Source: a virus
Lineage: Duplodnaviria; Caudoviricetes
Virus record (IMG/VR): IMGVR_UViG_3300037589_000013
Coordinates: 1-52,352 of that record
Direction: 5' to 3' (one strand)
DNA: 52,352 nucleotides
Position 1 is the first letter of the stretch; every line of letters starts with the position of its first letter. A model generated the notes under the pieces. It was not told where the DNA came from. It saw only the letters and a program-made list of their open reading frames with translations, and made no database searches. The translations under genes were made by a program, and so were the position numbers. Below are positions 43,606-52,352 of this stretch, in pieces.

Positions 43606-44247
43606 ATGAATTTTAACGTGTCGTGCGAAATTTTTGCGAGGCTTGCGGGCGTTACAAATCGTATGCCGGATAACGTCACCAGTGAAGAACGCGGGTTATT
43701 GCGGTGCGTTCGGTTGGAGCGGAAAGGCGGTCACGAATACGCTATCGCGTCCAATCGCAAAGTTGCAGCAATTTATCATCTTGGAACGTCACAAGAGCCT
43801 GACAACGTGGTTCATGTGGCTGTTGATGCAACATTGATCAAACAATGTAATGAAGAAAAGCCGTTCAATTCATCACTTGCGATTACGGTTTTGCCAGAGT
43901 TGCAAATGGCAAGTGCGAAAAGCACACTTGGTTACAATTACCCTGGCAACGTGGCGATTTTTCCAGCTAAAACACCTTTGGACGGATGGCGGTCATGGGT
44001 TCCCGACAAACCGGTTACAGCAACCGTTGGTGCAATGGCTTGGAACATTGAAGATATGGTTGCGCTCAATTCTGCATCGCCAACCGGTCAAATTGCTTTT
44101 CCGCAATTCATTGACGCCAATAAACCGGTTGTTTTGCGTGATATTGGTTCGCCTGATTGGGTTGGTCTTTTCATGCCGAACCGCATTGACGACAACGGGA
44201 AAGCGTACACCGTTGAACCTGCAACATTGCCGGAATGGTTCAAATGA
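43606..44247 (+). CDS. Putative sliding-clamp (beta-clamp-like) protein
   Basis: L..V.LE......IASN...AA, ..WR..VP, GLFMP resemble clamp-like phage proteins; replication context. Confidence 0.5.
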   Translation: MNFNVSCEIFARLAGVTNRMPDNVTSEERGLLRCVRLERKGGHEYAIASNRKVAAIYHLGTSQEPDNVVHVAVDATLIKQCNEEKPFNSSLAITVLPELQMASAKSTLGYNYPGNVAIFPAKTPLDGWRSWVPDKPVTATVGAMAWNIEDMVALNSASPTGQIAFPQFIDANKPVVLRDIGSPDWVGLFMPNRIDDNGKAYTVEPATLPEWFK

Positions 44248-44651
44248 TCCATAACACTTGTCTTGTGAAACATGATCCACCGAATAGTTACGGCGATTGC
44301 GTTCGCGCATGTGTTTCTTCAATTCTTGAAACACCATGTGAAGCTGTTCCGCATTTTTATGATGATGGAAACGGCGAATTAGCTTTTGACAGAATGCGCG
44401 TTTGGCTTGCCGGTTATGGTCGAATTCCTGCGTATTATCCGCTTCCAGGTGAAATGTCACTTGATGAGGTGTTGCGGGAAGCGTCCATGTATAAAACCGA
44501 ATTCATGTTGTTTTGTTCAAACGCGGGCGGCGATCATTGCGTTATCGGCGCAGACGGTAAGATTGCACATGATCCGGCATGGTATCGGACGGCAATAACC
44601 GGCCCGCATTCGTCGGGTGTTTGGATTGTTATATTGTTGGCGCGTGCATGA
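44244..44651 (+). CDS. Putative C39-like cysteine peptidase
   Basis: GDCVRACVSSIL (Cys), DHCVI (His), IAHDP (Asp). Confidence 0.55.
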   Translation: MIHNTCLVKHDPPNSYGDCVRACVSSILETPCEAVPHFYDDGNGELAFDRMRVWLAGYGRIPAYYPLPGEMSLDEVLREASMYKTEFMLFCSNAGGDHCVIGADGKIAHDPAWYRTAITGPHSSGVWIVILLARA

Positions 44652-46297
44652 CCATCATACTTAGACCGGATCAACAACAGCTTAAACAGGGTGTTTACAC
44701 CGGTTGGAATGCTGGTCATCGGAATATGTTGGCGCAAGCTGCAACCGGTTTTGGTAAATCGATTGTGCTTTCTGATATTGCACTAGACATCAATTCTGCG
44801 AACATGCGGCAAGCGATTATTGCGCATCGCAATGAGCTAGTTTCGCAAATGTCACATCATATCGCGCAACGTGACATTCCACATCGCATTATTGGTTCGG
44901 CTGATACAATCCGACAAATTACCGCTTCGCATCGGCGCGAGTATGGTATGGTTTATGTACATCCTACTGCAAATTGCAGCGTTGCCGGAATTGATACGCT
45001 TAACGCTCGCGCCGATGCGTTGGTTGATTGGGCAAAGCAAATTGAATATTGGGCAATCGATGAGGCGCACCATGTATTGCGTGCAAATAAATGGGGGCGT
45101 GGCGTTACCATGTTTCCAAATGCGCGCGGCCTGGGTGTCACCGGCACGCCATCACGTCCAGATGGTCAAGGACTTGGTGCGGATTATGACGGCGTATTTC
45201 ATGATATGGTTCTCGGTCCTGAAATGCGTTGGCTTATCGACAATGGAGCGTTGAGCGATTATGAAATTGTTTGCCCGGTTAGCGATTTGCAAATTGATGA
45301 TGACGCCATTACGGACGGCGGCGATTTTAGTCCAAAGAAACTTAAAGCTGCATCCCAAAAATCAAGAATTGTTGGCGATGTCGTTAGCAATTACGCACGC
45401 TATGCGTTGTTCAAACGCGCGATTTGTTTCGCGACAGACGTTGAAACAGCAACCAAAATCGCGGATCAATTCAATCAATCAGGTATTCGAGCGGCGGCGG
45501 TTTCTGCCAAAACACCGACAAACGTAAGAGAAAAATACATTAACGAATTCAAAAGCGGTAAAATTTACGTTCTTGTCAATGTCGATTTGTTTGATGAAGG
45601 TTTTGATGTTCCGGCTTGTGAATGCGTCATCATGGCTAGACCAACCGCGTCATTGGTCAAATATTTGCAAATGTTCGGGCGTGCGTTGCGTGTCTTGACT
45701 GGCAAATTGTACGGTTTGATTATCGATCATGTTTCTAACGTGGTGCGACATGGATTACCGGACAAGCCGCGTCATTGGTCACTTGCGAGACGTGACAAAC
45801 GCGGCAAGAGTGAAAAAGACCCGGAAGACATTCCGTTAACTCGCTGCATGTCATGCGCAAAGCCATATGAACGGTTTCACAATTGTTGCCCGTATTGCGG
45901 CGCTACGCCACCATTGCCGGAACCAGGATCACGCACAATCGAAATGGTTGATGGTGATTTGATCTTGCTCGATAGAGCGGCGCTAGAAGCCAAGCGACAA
46001 GCCATGATGATGGAAAGCGCCGCCGATGTGGCGCAACGCGTTGGTGCGGCGGCTGGTGGCGCTGCGGCGGGGTTCCATAGCAATAAGCACATGGCAAAGA
46101 TTGCTGCTCAAAAACGATTGTCCGACGCCATCGCGCAATGGGCCGGTATCGGTCGAGCGGCGGGCCGCGATGATAGTTGGATGTATCGGCAGTTTTATCA
46201 TTTGATGGGTTGCGACGTGATGGACGCATTGCGCGCAGATCGCGACCGACAGGAATTTGAAGCAATGGCGGAAACGGTTGAAGGGTGGTTTAAGTGA
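44648..46297 (+). CDS. Superfamily 2 DEAH helicase with a Zn finger
   Basis: LRPDQ, ATGFGKS, AHR.EL, IDEAHH, TGTP.R, EGFDVP, QMFGRALR, C..C...C..CG. Confidence 0.95.
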   Translation: MTIILRPDQQQLKQGVYTGWNAGHRNMLAQAATGFGKSIVLSDIALDINSANMRQAIIAHRNELVSQMSHHIAQRDIPHRIIGSADTIRQITASHRREYGMVYVHPTANCSVAGIDTLNARADALVDWAKQIEYWAIDEAHHVLRANKWGRGVTMFPNARGLGVTGTPSRPDGQGLGADYDGVFHDMVLGPEMRWLIDNGALSDYEIVCPVSDLQIDDDAITDGGDFSPKKLKAASQKSRIVGDVVSNYARYALFKRAICFATDVETATKIADQFNQSGIRAAAVSAKTPTNVREKYINEFKSGKIYVLVNVDLFDEGFDVPACECVIMARPTASLVKYLQMFGRALRVLTGKLYGLIIDHVSNVVRHGLPDKPRHWSLARRDKRGKSEKDPEDIPLTRCMSCAKPYERFHNCCPYCGATPPLPEPGSRTIEMVDGDLILLDRAALEAKRQAMMMESAADVAQRVGAAAGGAAAGFHSNKHMAKIAAQKRLSDAIAQWAGIGRAAGRDDSWMYRQFYHLMGCDVMDALRADRDRQEFEAMAETVEGWFK

Positions 46298-46698
46298 AAG
46301 AAACACCAGTTGCACAACGCGTTCAATTAGAAGCGGCTCGATTAAACATTCTGACAATGCGCAATAATGTGGGTGCTTGCGAAGATGTGACCGGGCGGCA
46401 TATTCGTTACGGATTAATGAACACGTCCAAACGCGAAAATGAACAATTCAAGTCGAGCGACCTAATCGGCATCACTCCGGTTCAAGCCTATGTCCAGGGT
46501 GTCGGCTGGACGGTTTTGGGTGTGTTCACGGCTATTGAAACAAAGGCGTCAACGTGGCAATTTAGCCAAGTGGATGAACGCGCGATTGCGCAAAAACGTT
46601 TCATCGATCTGGTGCAGGGTTACGGCGGATATGCCGGGTTTGCTACCGGACCGGATGATGTGAGGTTGATATGTCGGATACAAAAACAAGAATTTTAG
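46294..46698 (+). CDS. VRR-NUC nuclease
   Basis: RNNVGA, SSDLIG, AIETK, Q..FI..V...GG.AGF. Confidence 0.88.
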   Translation: MKETPVAQRVQLEAARLNILTMRNNVGACEDVTGRHIRYGLMNTSKRENEQFKSSDLIGITPVQAYVQGVGWTVLGVFTAIETKASTWQFSQVDERAIAQKRFIDLVQGYGGYAGFATGPDDVRLICRIQKQEF

Positions 46699-46952
46699 AA
46701 ACCGGGTTGCGATTATGGCGTGCGGGCGAACCAATTACGGCGAGGCGAATTGCGCGCGAATTGGATTTAACGCACGGTGCGGTTTGTTATCACTTTTCGC
46801 GCGGTGATCGATCTTTACGTGATGCAATCGCTTATCATTGTGTTGAACAAGGTGAAAGCAAAGTGATTGCAGCGCTCATATTGGAACATCACAAGGCGGT
46901 TGCTCATATGAGTGAAACGGAACGTATGGAACATATGCGGTCAAGCATTTAA
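46671..46952 (+). CDS. TetR-like HTH protein
   Basis: TKTRILETGLRLW....ITARRIAREL.LTHGAV.YHF. Confidence 0.8.
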   Translation: MSDTKTRILETGLRLWRAGEPITARRIARELDLTHGAVCYHFSRGDRSLRDAIAYHCVEQGESKVIAALILEHHKAVAHMSETERMEHMRSSI

Positions 46953-47069
46953 TTCCTGCCATTTCAACCATACATCCGACCATTTGCCGTTTATCATGTT
47001 CTTGTCAACTCGCCCGTTTGCGTCCAGGCGAAATATTACCCAACTTGCAAGGGGATAACAGGCAAGCAT
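46941..47069 (-). CDS. Small hypothetical protein, 42 aa
   Basis: Manual translation MLACYPLASW...; AAGG upstream. Confidence 0.45.
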   Translation of the reverse strand: MLACYPLASWVIFRLDANGRVDKNMINGKWSDVWLKWQELNA

Positions 47070-47080
47070 GTAACAGCCTT

Positions 47081-47272
47081 TTATTTCGACTGTTTTGACC
47101 ATGCGTCAATTTTTCCTGCAATCTCGCTGCGATGGCTGATTTCACCAATTGGAACGGCAAACCCATTTGCATCCATTGCGTACAAATAATCGTTTTCAGC
47201 ATATCCAATTAGCGTATTTTCGCGATATGCTTCAATTCGATCATTGCGGGTGACAATGCGTGTTTTCTTCAT
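47081..47272 (-). CDS. Hypothetical protein
   Basis: ATGA coupled. Confidence 0.65.
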   Translation of the reverse strand: MKKTRIVTRNDRIEAYRENTLIGYAENDYLYAMDANGFAVPIGEISHRSEIAGKIDAWSKQSK

Positions 47273-47406
47273 TGGTTTTCAACTTCATTGATTGCATGGT
47301 TCGCGACTTCTTTAATTTTAAGTCGGCTTGGTTTACTTTTGCTCGCTTCACTCGCGATATGCTTCATAGCTTCCAAAAGATATTTCACTTTTTCCGCATT
47401 GTTCAT
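47269..47406 (-). CDS. Small hypothetical protein, 45 aa (MNNAEKVKY...)
   Basis: Below the ORF-track cutoff; GAGGA RBS; fills the gap. Confidence 0.6.
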   Translation of the reverse strand: MNNAEKVKYLLEAMKHIASEASKSKPSRLKIKEVANHAINEVENQ

Positions 47407-47409
47407 TTG

Positions 47410-47841
47410 TCATTCCTCTATGTTCGTATTTTTCACATGATCAACAACTAATTGCAACTTTCGCAAAACCCATTGCTGTTGTTCTTTTGTTTCAATATCA
47501 AACCAGTGTTTGCCGGTTCCATCATTGTTGTACGCGCTCACTATTGCGAGTGTTCCCGACACACTCCACTCTTGAATTTGCTTCATTGTTTGACGGCGTG
47601 CAATTTCAGAATTTCCAATCGCGCGAACGGATATTTTTCCGTCCGTGTCTTCCGTCACATTATCGGGAACGTCCGGCAAATTTTTTCGCCAGTCGCCATT
47701 CGGCGGCGAACCGTCTTTAATATCGTTGCAATTGCAACATTCAATGGTGTTGTTGTGATTGATGAAAAACGACATGCAACCGCAACCACACACAAAAACA
47801 ATTTCATCCGGTTTCGGAAACTGTATGATGTTATCTGTCAT
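47410..47841 (-). CDS. Zn-ribbon hypothetical protein
   Basis: MTDNIIQFP...CGCGC.SF......ECCNC. Confidence 0.7.
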   Translation of the reverse strand: MTDNIIQFPKPDEIVFVCGCGCMSFFINHNNTIECCNCNDIKDGSPPNGDWRKNLPDVPDNVTEDTDGKISVRAIGNSEIARRQTMKQIQEWSVSGTLAIVSAYNNDGTGKHWFDIETKEQQQWVLRKLQLVVDHVKNTNIEE

Positions 47842-48313
47842 CACCATCACCCTGCAACGTGCCACGCTCACCACGGCTGCACAATTCTTCCAGGTTCTGC
47901 AAGGCCACATCCGACATGTTCGCGCCGATCTCATCACAGACGGCGGCAATGTACCACAGAACGCCGCCGAGTTCCTTGATAATCTGCGCGCGGCGTTCGG
48001 GTGTCAGATCACAGATGTAAGCGTGATACCATTCTTCCCCAGGATCACCCGTTTGCTTTTCAAGTGTTAAAATATCATCATCGCGGAACGCTTTCTTGAC
48101 CTTGTTCTGTACCTCGCCAGCTTCCGCCAATCCAAGCGCCGCATACATCAGGCCGAACGGCGTACCCTTACCAGGATAGATTGCGGACGTGATGGCAATA
48201 CGTTGGTATTCGTTCAACGCATTAACCGGTGATCCGTCTGGATTTTTCGTGCGATGCTTAAACCACTCCACTTCATCGCGATCAATCCGATTGATTGGCT
48301 TGTTGTTGGTCAT
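47831..48313 (-). CDS. MazG-like nucleotide pyrophosphohydrolase with an atypical active site
   Basis: YQ..A..SAIYP, LGL.EAGEV..KVKK..RD, ELGGVLWY, N...L..R..RG.LQG.GD.R. Confidence 0.85.
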   Translation of the reverse strand: MTNNKPINRIDRDEVEWFKHRTKNPDGSPVNALNEYQRIAITSAIYPGKGTPFGLMYAALGLAEAGEVQNKVKKAFRDDDILTLEKQTGDPGEEWYHAYICDLTPERRAQIIKELGGVLWYIAAVCDEIGANMSDVALQNLEELCSRGERGTLQGDGDDR

Positions 48314-48612
48314 TTGATCAATTCTCCAATTTCTTTACGTTCGTCGGCGTGCAAATCTTGCATTTGTTTTTCAAGAGGTTCGCGCAATTCTCTATATTTT
48401 TTGCGGATTTCCTGCAATTTATCCTTGATCGCAAGCGCCGCCTCTTTCGTTTCAAACCGACCATAACAACGGTTTTTCACTGTATGCGTTGGCGCATCAT
48501 CTTCAAACCGACCATTGACGCGACCGCGCGGGCCTTCTGATGTCACACCAATCAATTTCAGGTGGTAAAAACCCCATCGTGCGGTGAATGTCCAATATAG
48601 AATAGGCTTCAT
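48310..48612 (-). CDS. Hypothetical protein
   Basis: ATGA coupled. Confidence 0.7.
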   Translation of the reverse strand: MKPILYWTFTARWGFYHLKLIGVTSEGPRGRVNGRFEDDAPTHTVKNRCYGRFETKEAALAIKDKLQEIRKKYRELREPLEKQMQDLHADERKEIGELIK

Positions 48613-48980
48613 TTGTCGTATTCCTTTGCTAATTTCGTTAATTCCACATTGAAACCAGACAGAACTGCGGTCTTTTCGTCATCTGTCATATCGCTTTTGT
48701 CAAGTTCATCAGTGAAATCAGTTATTAATTTTGCCCAATGAAGCATGAATTTTCGATATTCATTGATGATTTGGGCCGATTTCTTGATTGCTCTCGAAAC
48801 GGTTGTTGGCTCACTTTCATCCAATGTTTGCTGTGCAGATTTCAACGCGGCTGCATCTTTGGCGCATTTTGCGCACATTCCAGGGCCACCGCAACGCATT
48901 TTCATGCCGTCCGGTCTTTCCCAAACGTGACCGTGACCAACGTTTGTGCCGTAAACCGGCATTACGTCTGATATATTCAT
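48609..48980 (-). CDS. Hypothetical protein with a GHGHV..RPDG...RCGGP..C..C motif
   Basis: Putative metal-binding motif; coupled ORF. Confidence 0.7.
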   Translation of the reverse strand: MNISDVMPVYGTNVGHGHVWERPDGMKMRCGGPGMCAKCAKDAAALKSAQQTLDESEPTTVSRAIKKSAQIINEYRKFMLHWAKLITDFTDELDKSDMTDDEKTAVLSGFNVELTKLAKEYDK

Positions 48981-49246
48981 GGTTTCAACCCCAAATCATT
49001 GCGCCATTGTTCGATGTCGTCGGACAACAACCCCATTGTTTCAATTACGTGCAATTCAGTACCGCGAACGAATGTGAATTTGTTGGTGCGTCCGTCACGG
49101 TCGATTTTGAACAGATACGCGCGGCCATCCATTGCGCGGGCGGCGGCGGTCAAGTTCTCCAGGTTTTCAGCAAGCACCGCATTTTGTGCTTCAAGTTCTT
49201 TGACGCGTTGGGCAAGTTTACGACTACTCGACGGTAACTTAAACAT
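48977..49246 (-). CDS. Hypothetical protein
   Basis: N-terminal coiled coil; operon packing. Confidence 0.7.
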   Translation of the reverse strand: MFKLPSSSRKLAQRVKELEAQNAVLAENLENLTAAARAMDGRAYLFKIDRDGRTNKFTFVRGTELHVIETMGLLSDDIEQWRNDLGLKP

Positions 49247-49257
49247 GTTTCATTTCC

Positions 49258-49518
49258 TCACAAAAATTGCCTATCTGTTTCAGGATCGTCAAAATAGACG
49301 CGCCGCCCGTTTTCCTTAATTCCTTCAATGTACATGCAAACCGGATCGTGAATGATGTCTGTTGGGCCAATTGGTGCATCCGCACTGACAAACGCTGATA
49401 TCATGATTAATTCGTGGCGCGTCTTTGGATCAAGATGGATGATTGCAGATTTGAAATCATGCAATTCCATCAATTGTTTCCAAAGCGCGATTAGGCGAGT
49501 GTGGGGAGTTTGTGACAT
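49258..49518 (-). CDS. Hypothetical protein
   Basis: AGGAG RBS; promoter-like TTGATC-N17-TAACTA at 49546-49574. Confidence 0.7.
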   Translation of the reverse strand: MSQTPHTRLIALWKQLMELHDFKSAIIHLDPKTRHELIMISAFVSADAPIGPTDIIHDPVCMYIEGIKENGRRVYFDDPETDRQFL

Positions 49519-49648
49519 GGTGGCGGGTTCTCCTATTCCCGCGAATAGTTACACGGCGGCGCGTTGTGGATCAAGTGAAAAATGATATATTGTGATAAAA
49601 ATGAGATATCGCTTGACAGTCTGGTGAATGACGGTTTATCCATGTGGT

Positions 49649-49846
49649 ATGAGCGAGAATTCACCAAAAATCTTAAATATCAAACAGTTAGCGGAAAGGT
49701 TGGGTAAACCAACCGTAACTGTTCGCTATTGGTTGCGTGTCGGCAAATGCCCGATACCACATATAGAGGGTATGAAACCGCCGAAATGGCTTGCTGCGGA
49801 CGTTGATGCTTTTCTTGCCGGTCGTGATAGTGGCGAGGCGTCCTAA
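49649..49846 (+). CDS. AlpA/Xis-like HTH protein
   Basis: ILNIKQLAERLG....TVRYW...G..P.P.......KW...DVDAFL; TTGACA at 49613 suggests a leaderless mRNA. Confidence 0.8.
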   Translation: MSENSPKILNIKQLAERLGKPTVTVRYWLRVGKCPIPHIEGMKPPKWLAADVDAFLAGRDSGEAS

Positions 49847-49847
49847 C

Positions 49848-50369
49848 ATGCAGATATGCACAAAATGCGGCGTCGAAAAGACGCTTAGTGATTTTTACAA
49901 GAAATCAGACAGTAAACGTGGTGTTAAAAGCGTATGTAAAAAATGCGTTAATCAGCAAATGTTTATCTATTCAAGAAATCGTTATGCAACGGTTCACGGT
50001 CGCGCTTCTCAAATGTTTAATAGTGCAAAATATCGAGCAAAAAAAAGGAATATTTCTTTTGATTTAGATTTTAATTATATTAAATTGCTTGTGGAAATGG
50101 GTTATTGCGCTCAAACAGGTTTAAAACTTGATTTGAATGTTAATGATGAAACTCATTATGGTTTTTTTGCACCATCATTGGATAGAGTTGACGCTAAAAA
50201 GGGTTACACGAACGATAATATTCAAGTTGTTTGTAACATGTACAATATGGGGAAATCAGATGCAGATGAATTAAATTTTATTGCAATGTGCATGGCTGTT
50301 GCAGAACGTAATTCAAACAACCAAGCTGCGATTGATCGTCTTAATGAGTTGCGCAATGCAAAATTATGA
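49848..50369 (+). mobile_element. Free-standing HNH-like homing endonuclease
   Basis: ICTKC..EK...FY...CKKC; PSLDRVDAKKGYTNDNIQVVC..YN.GK; overlaps the primase start. Confidence 0.88.
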
Positions 50370-52352
50370 GCAAGCAGCTACATATATTACAACACTTACG
50401 CAACAGCCGATAGAAAGCGCGACTGTCGATTTTCGGTGTATTCACGACAGCGATAAAAGTGTTGCCGCACATAATTTTCACAACACACTTCCGGCGATCT
50501 GGTCAACGTTGGTTGATTATCAATCTCGCGGTTACGGCGTATTTGTCAATATATCCGCGTTGGACGGCATCGGGCGTGATGTCGCAAATGTGCATTATAT
50601 TCGCGCGCATGTTGCCGATTTGGACGGTGTGAACGCGGAAGCGGATTATTCACTTGCTGCACAATGGCAACCGTTGCCCACATTTGCGGTTTCATCATCG
50701 CCCGGTAAAGCGCATGTTTATTGGGTTGTCAATCCGTATACTGGAAACGACTATTTCACATTGTTGCAACGTCGCATTGCGCAACAGTTTAACGGTGATC
50801 GGTCAATTATCGATCCGACGCGAGTTATGCGTCTTCCTGGCACGCTACATCTAAAGCGCCCGGAAACGCCACACCTTGTCAACATGTGGTCACTTGGTGG
50901 CGTTGTCGGACCGGTTGAAACACTGGCGTCCAGTCTTGCACATGTGAACGTCATTGACAGCGGTGGCGGGCGTCATGCGCTTGGCGAACCGTCACTTGCC
51001 GCGCCGTCGCTCGATTGGCTGCGGTTCGGCCTGTCCTTGATCGATCCAAACCAGCTAGACCGGGCCGAATGGATATCCACAACCGCCGCAATCAAACAGG
51101 CCGGTTGGACGCTGGCAGACGAACCGGCCTTGCGCGCGATATGGGATGAATGGTGCGAGCGCTACACCGGCAACGACGCGGGCGAAAATGATAAACAATG
51201 GCGATCCATCCGAGAAACGGAAGTTGGTTGGAAATCGCTTTACCGGCGCGCACCTTCATTGGTCGCATATGAAAAATTCGGGTTCGATAAAACACCTGCA
51301 CCAACACCGCAACCGTTGCCCGCTCCAGGCGAGCCGCAACAACAACCGTTGCCCGATGACAATGAACGCGAGCAATTGCCCGATATTCTTTCTGAATATG
51401 ATTGTCAAAAATGGTTCAAGGATTGCTTTTTTGTCGAGCGAATGGGCGAAATTCTAACGCCACGCGGTCGGTTCATGAATGCAACAAAATTCAACGGTAC
51501 ATATGGTGGCAAATTGTTCATCATCACACCAGATGGAAAAACAACAGATGAACCTTGGAAAGCTGCATTGCGTTCAACACTTTGGACAATTCCGAAAGTT
51601 GATCACATTAGATTTTTGCCAGAACAGCCAACATTTGCGATTATTGAAGATCAGCTAGGGCGAAAAGGTGTAAACACCTACATTCCTATTCGGCTCACTT
51701 CCAAACGTGGTGATATCAGCCCGTTTTTGCGACATATGGAAAATATGCTTCCGGTCGAAAGCGATAGACAAATCATCTATTCATATCTCGCGCACAACGT
51801 TCAATACCCAGGATTTAAAATACCATGGGCACCAATGGTGCAATCTGCGGAAGGTGTCGGTAAAGGTTTCATTCAAGAAGCGATAACGCTAACGCTTGGT
51901 GAAATGTACACCTATAGCCCTAAAGCGGATGAATTGGTTAATAGCGGTTCAAAATTTAACGCTTGGATGCGCGCCAAATTGATGATTATTGTGAATGAAA
52001 TTAAAGTTGATGAACGTCGCGAATTGATTGAAATTCTCAAGCCGATGATTTCAGACAAACGCGTTGAAGTGCAGGGGAAAGGTGTTGACCAGGAAATGGA
52101 AGACAATCCGGCCAATTGGCTGTTGTTCTCCAATTACAAAGACGCCATCCCGGTAAATGTGAATGGTCGGCGCTACTCGATTTTCTACAGCGCTATTCAG
52201 ACAAACGCGGATCGTCTGGCGCGCGGCATGGATGACGCATATTTTAACGGGCTGTTCACATGGTTGCATTCGGGCGGCAATGAAATAATTGCTGATTGGT
52301 TGTTGAATTACCCAATCGAGCGCGGCGCGATACCCATGCGCGCGCCGGAAAC
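50356..52352 (+). CDS. Primase-helicase, N-terminal part (RepB-type primase, PriCT-2, SF3-type helicase); continues across the junction into 1-551, about 771 aa in total
   Basis: Not in the ORF track. Manual translation from ATG 50356 gives MQNYEQAATY...RAHVADLDG...SSPGKAHVYW...DPTRVMRLPG (primase), LDRAEW...WDEWC (PriCT-2), QSAEGVGKG (Walker A) and IIVNE (Walker B). Confidence 0.9.
   Translation, partial: MQNYEQAATYITTLTQQPIESATVDFRCIHDSDKSVAAHNFHNTLPAIWSTLVDYQSRGYGVFVNISALDGIGRDVANVHYIRAHVADLDGVNAEADYSLAAQWQPLPTFAVSSSPGKAHVYWVVNPYTGNDYFTLLQRRIAQQFNGDRSIIDPTRVMRLPGTLHLKRPETPHLVNMWSLGGVVGPVETLASSLAHVNVIDSGGGRHALGEPSLAAPSLDWLRFGLSLIDPNQLDRAEWISTTAAIKQAGWTLADEPALRAIWDEWCERYTGNDAGENDKQWRSIRETEVGWKSLYRRAPSLVAYEKFGFDKTPAPTPQPLPAPGEPQQQPLPDDNEREQLPDILSEYDCQKWFKDCFFVERMGEILTPRGRFMNATKFNGTYGGKLFIITPDGKTTDEPWKAALRSTLWTIPKVDHIRFLPEQPTFAIIEDQLGRKGVNTYIPIRLTSKRGDISPFLRHMENMLPVESDRQIIYSYLAHNVQYPGFKIPWAPMVQSAEGVGKGFIQEAITLTLGEMYTYSPKADELVNSGSKFNAWMRAKLMIIVNEIKVDERRELIEILKPMISDKRVEVQGKGVDQEMEDNPANWLLFSNYKDAIPVNVNGRRYSIFYSAIQTNADRLARGMDDAYFNGLFTWLHSGGNEIIADWLLNYPIERGAIPMRAPE
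52121..52352. repeat. Terminal direct repeat, right copy (circular overlap)
   Basis: Begins TGTTGTTCTCCAATTACAAAGACG, the same as position 1; lies inside the primase-helicase CDS. Confidence 0.97.

Noticed and set aside
49649-49846. Lysogeny module
   Set aside because: An AlpA/Xis-like gene is present, but I recognised no integrase, CI-type repressor or partition genes.
52121-52352. Biological direct terminal repeat
   Set aside because: It falls in the middle of the primase-helicase gene, far from the terminase genes. An assembly overlap of a circularly permuted genome is more likely.

Overview
This window appears to be the complete, circularly permuted genome of a long-tailed dsDNA phage (siphovirus type). 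The unit length is about 52,120 bp: positions 52121-52352 repeat 1-232 with one mismatch, and the primase-helicase gene spans the junction. An alphaproteobacterial host is inferred from apparent GANTC avoidance, sigma70 promoters whose -10 boxes mostly lack the final T, and the tail and lysis gene types. The + strand carries terminase, portal, scaffold, capsid, neck, tail, receptor-binding and lysis genes (7936-35622), interrupted four times by antisense cassettes. The replication genes are a family B DNA polymerase split by an HNH-like gene, an SSB, a PD-(D/E)XK nuclease, an SF2 helicase, VRR-NUC, a primase-helicase and a C5 methyltransferase. There is one tRNA-Leu(UAA) and one tRNA-like gene. 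I found no integrase. The most notable observations are: (1) a shared hydrophobic N-terminal leader ending in A-F/Y on five proteins, with a C39-like protease as a candidate processing enzyme; (2) a covarying double GGAU-hairpin element upstream of both scaffold and capsid genes; (3) the split polymerase; (4) a candidate sRNA with its own promoter and terminator; (5) a tRNA-like RNA with a broken anticodon arm. All calls come from manual motif reading and synteny; no database searches were run.
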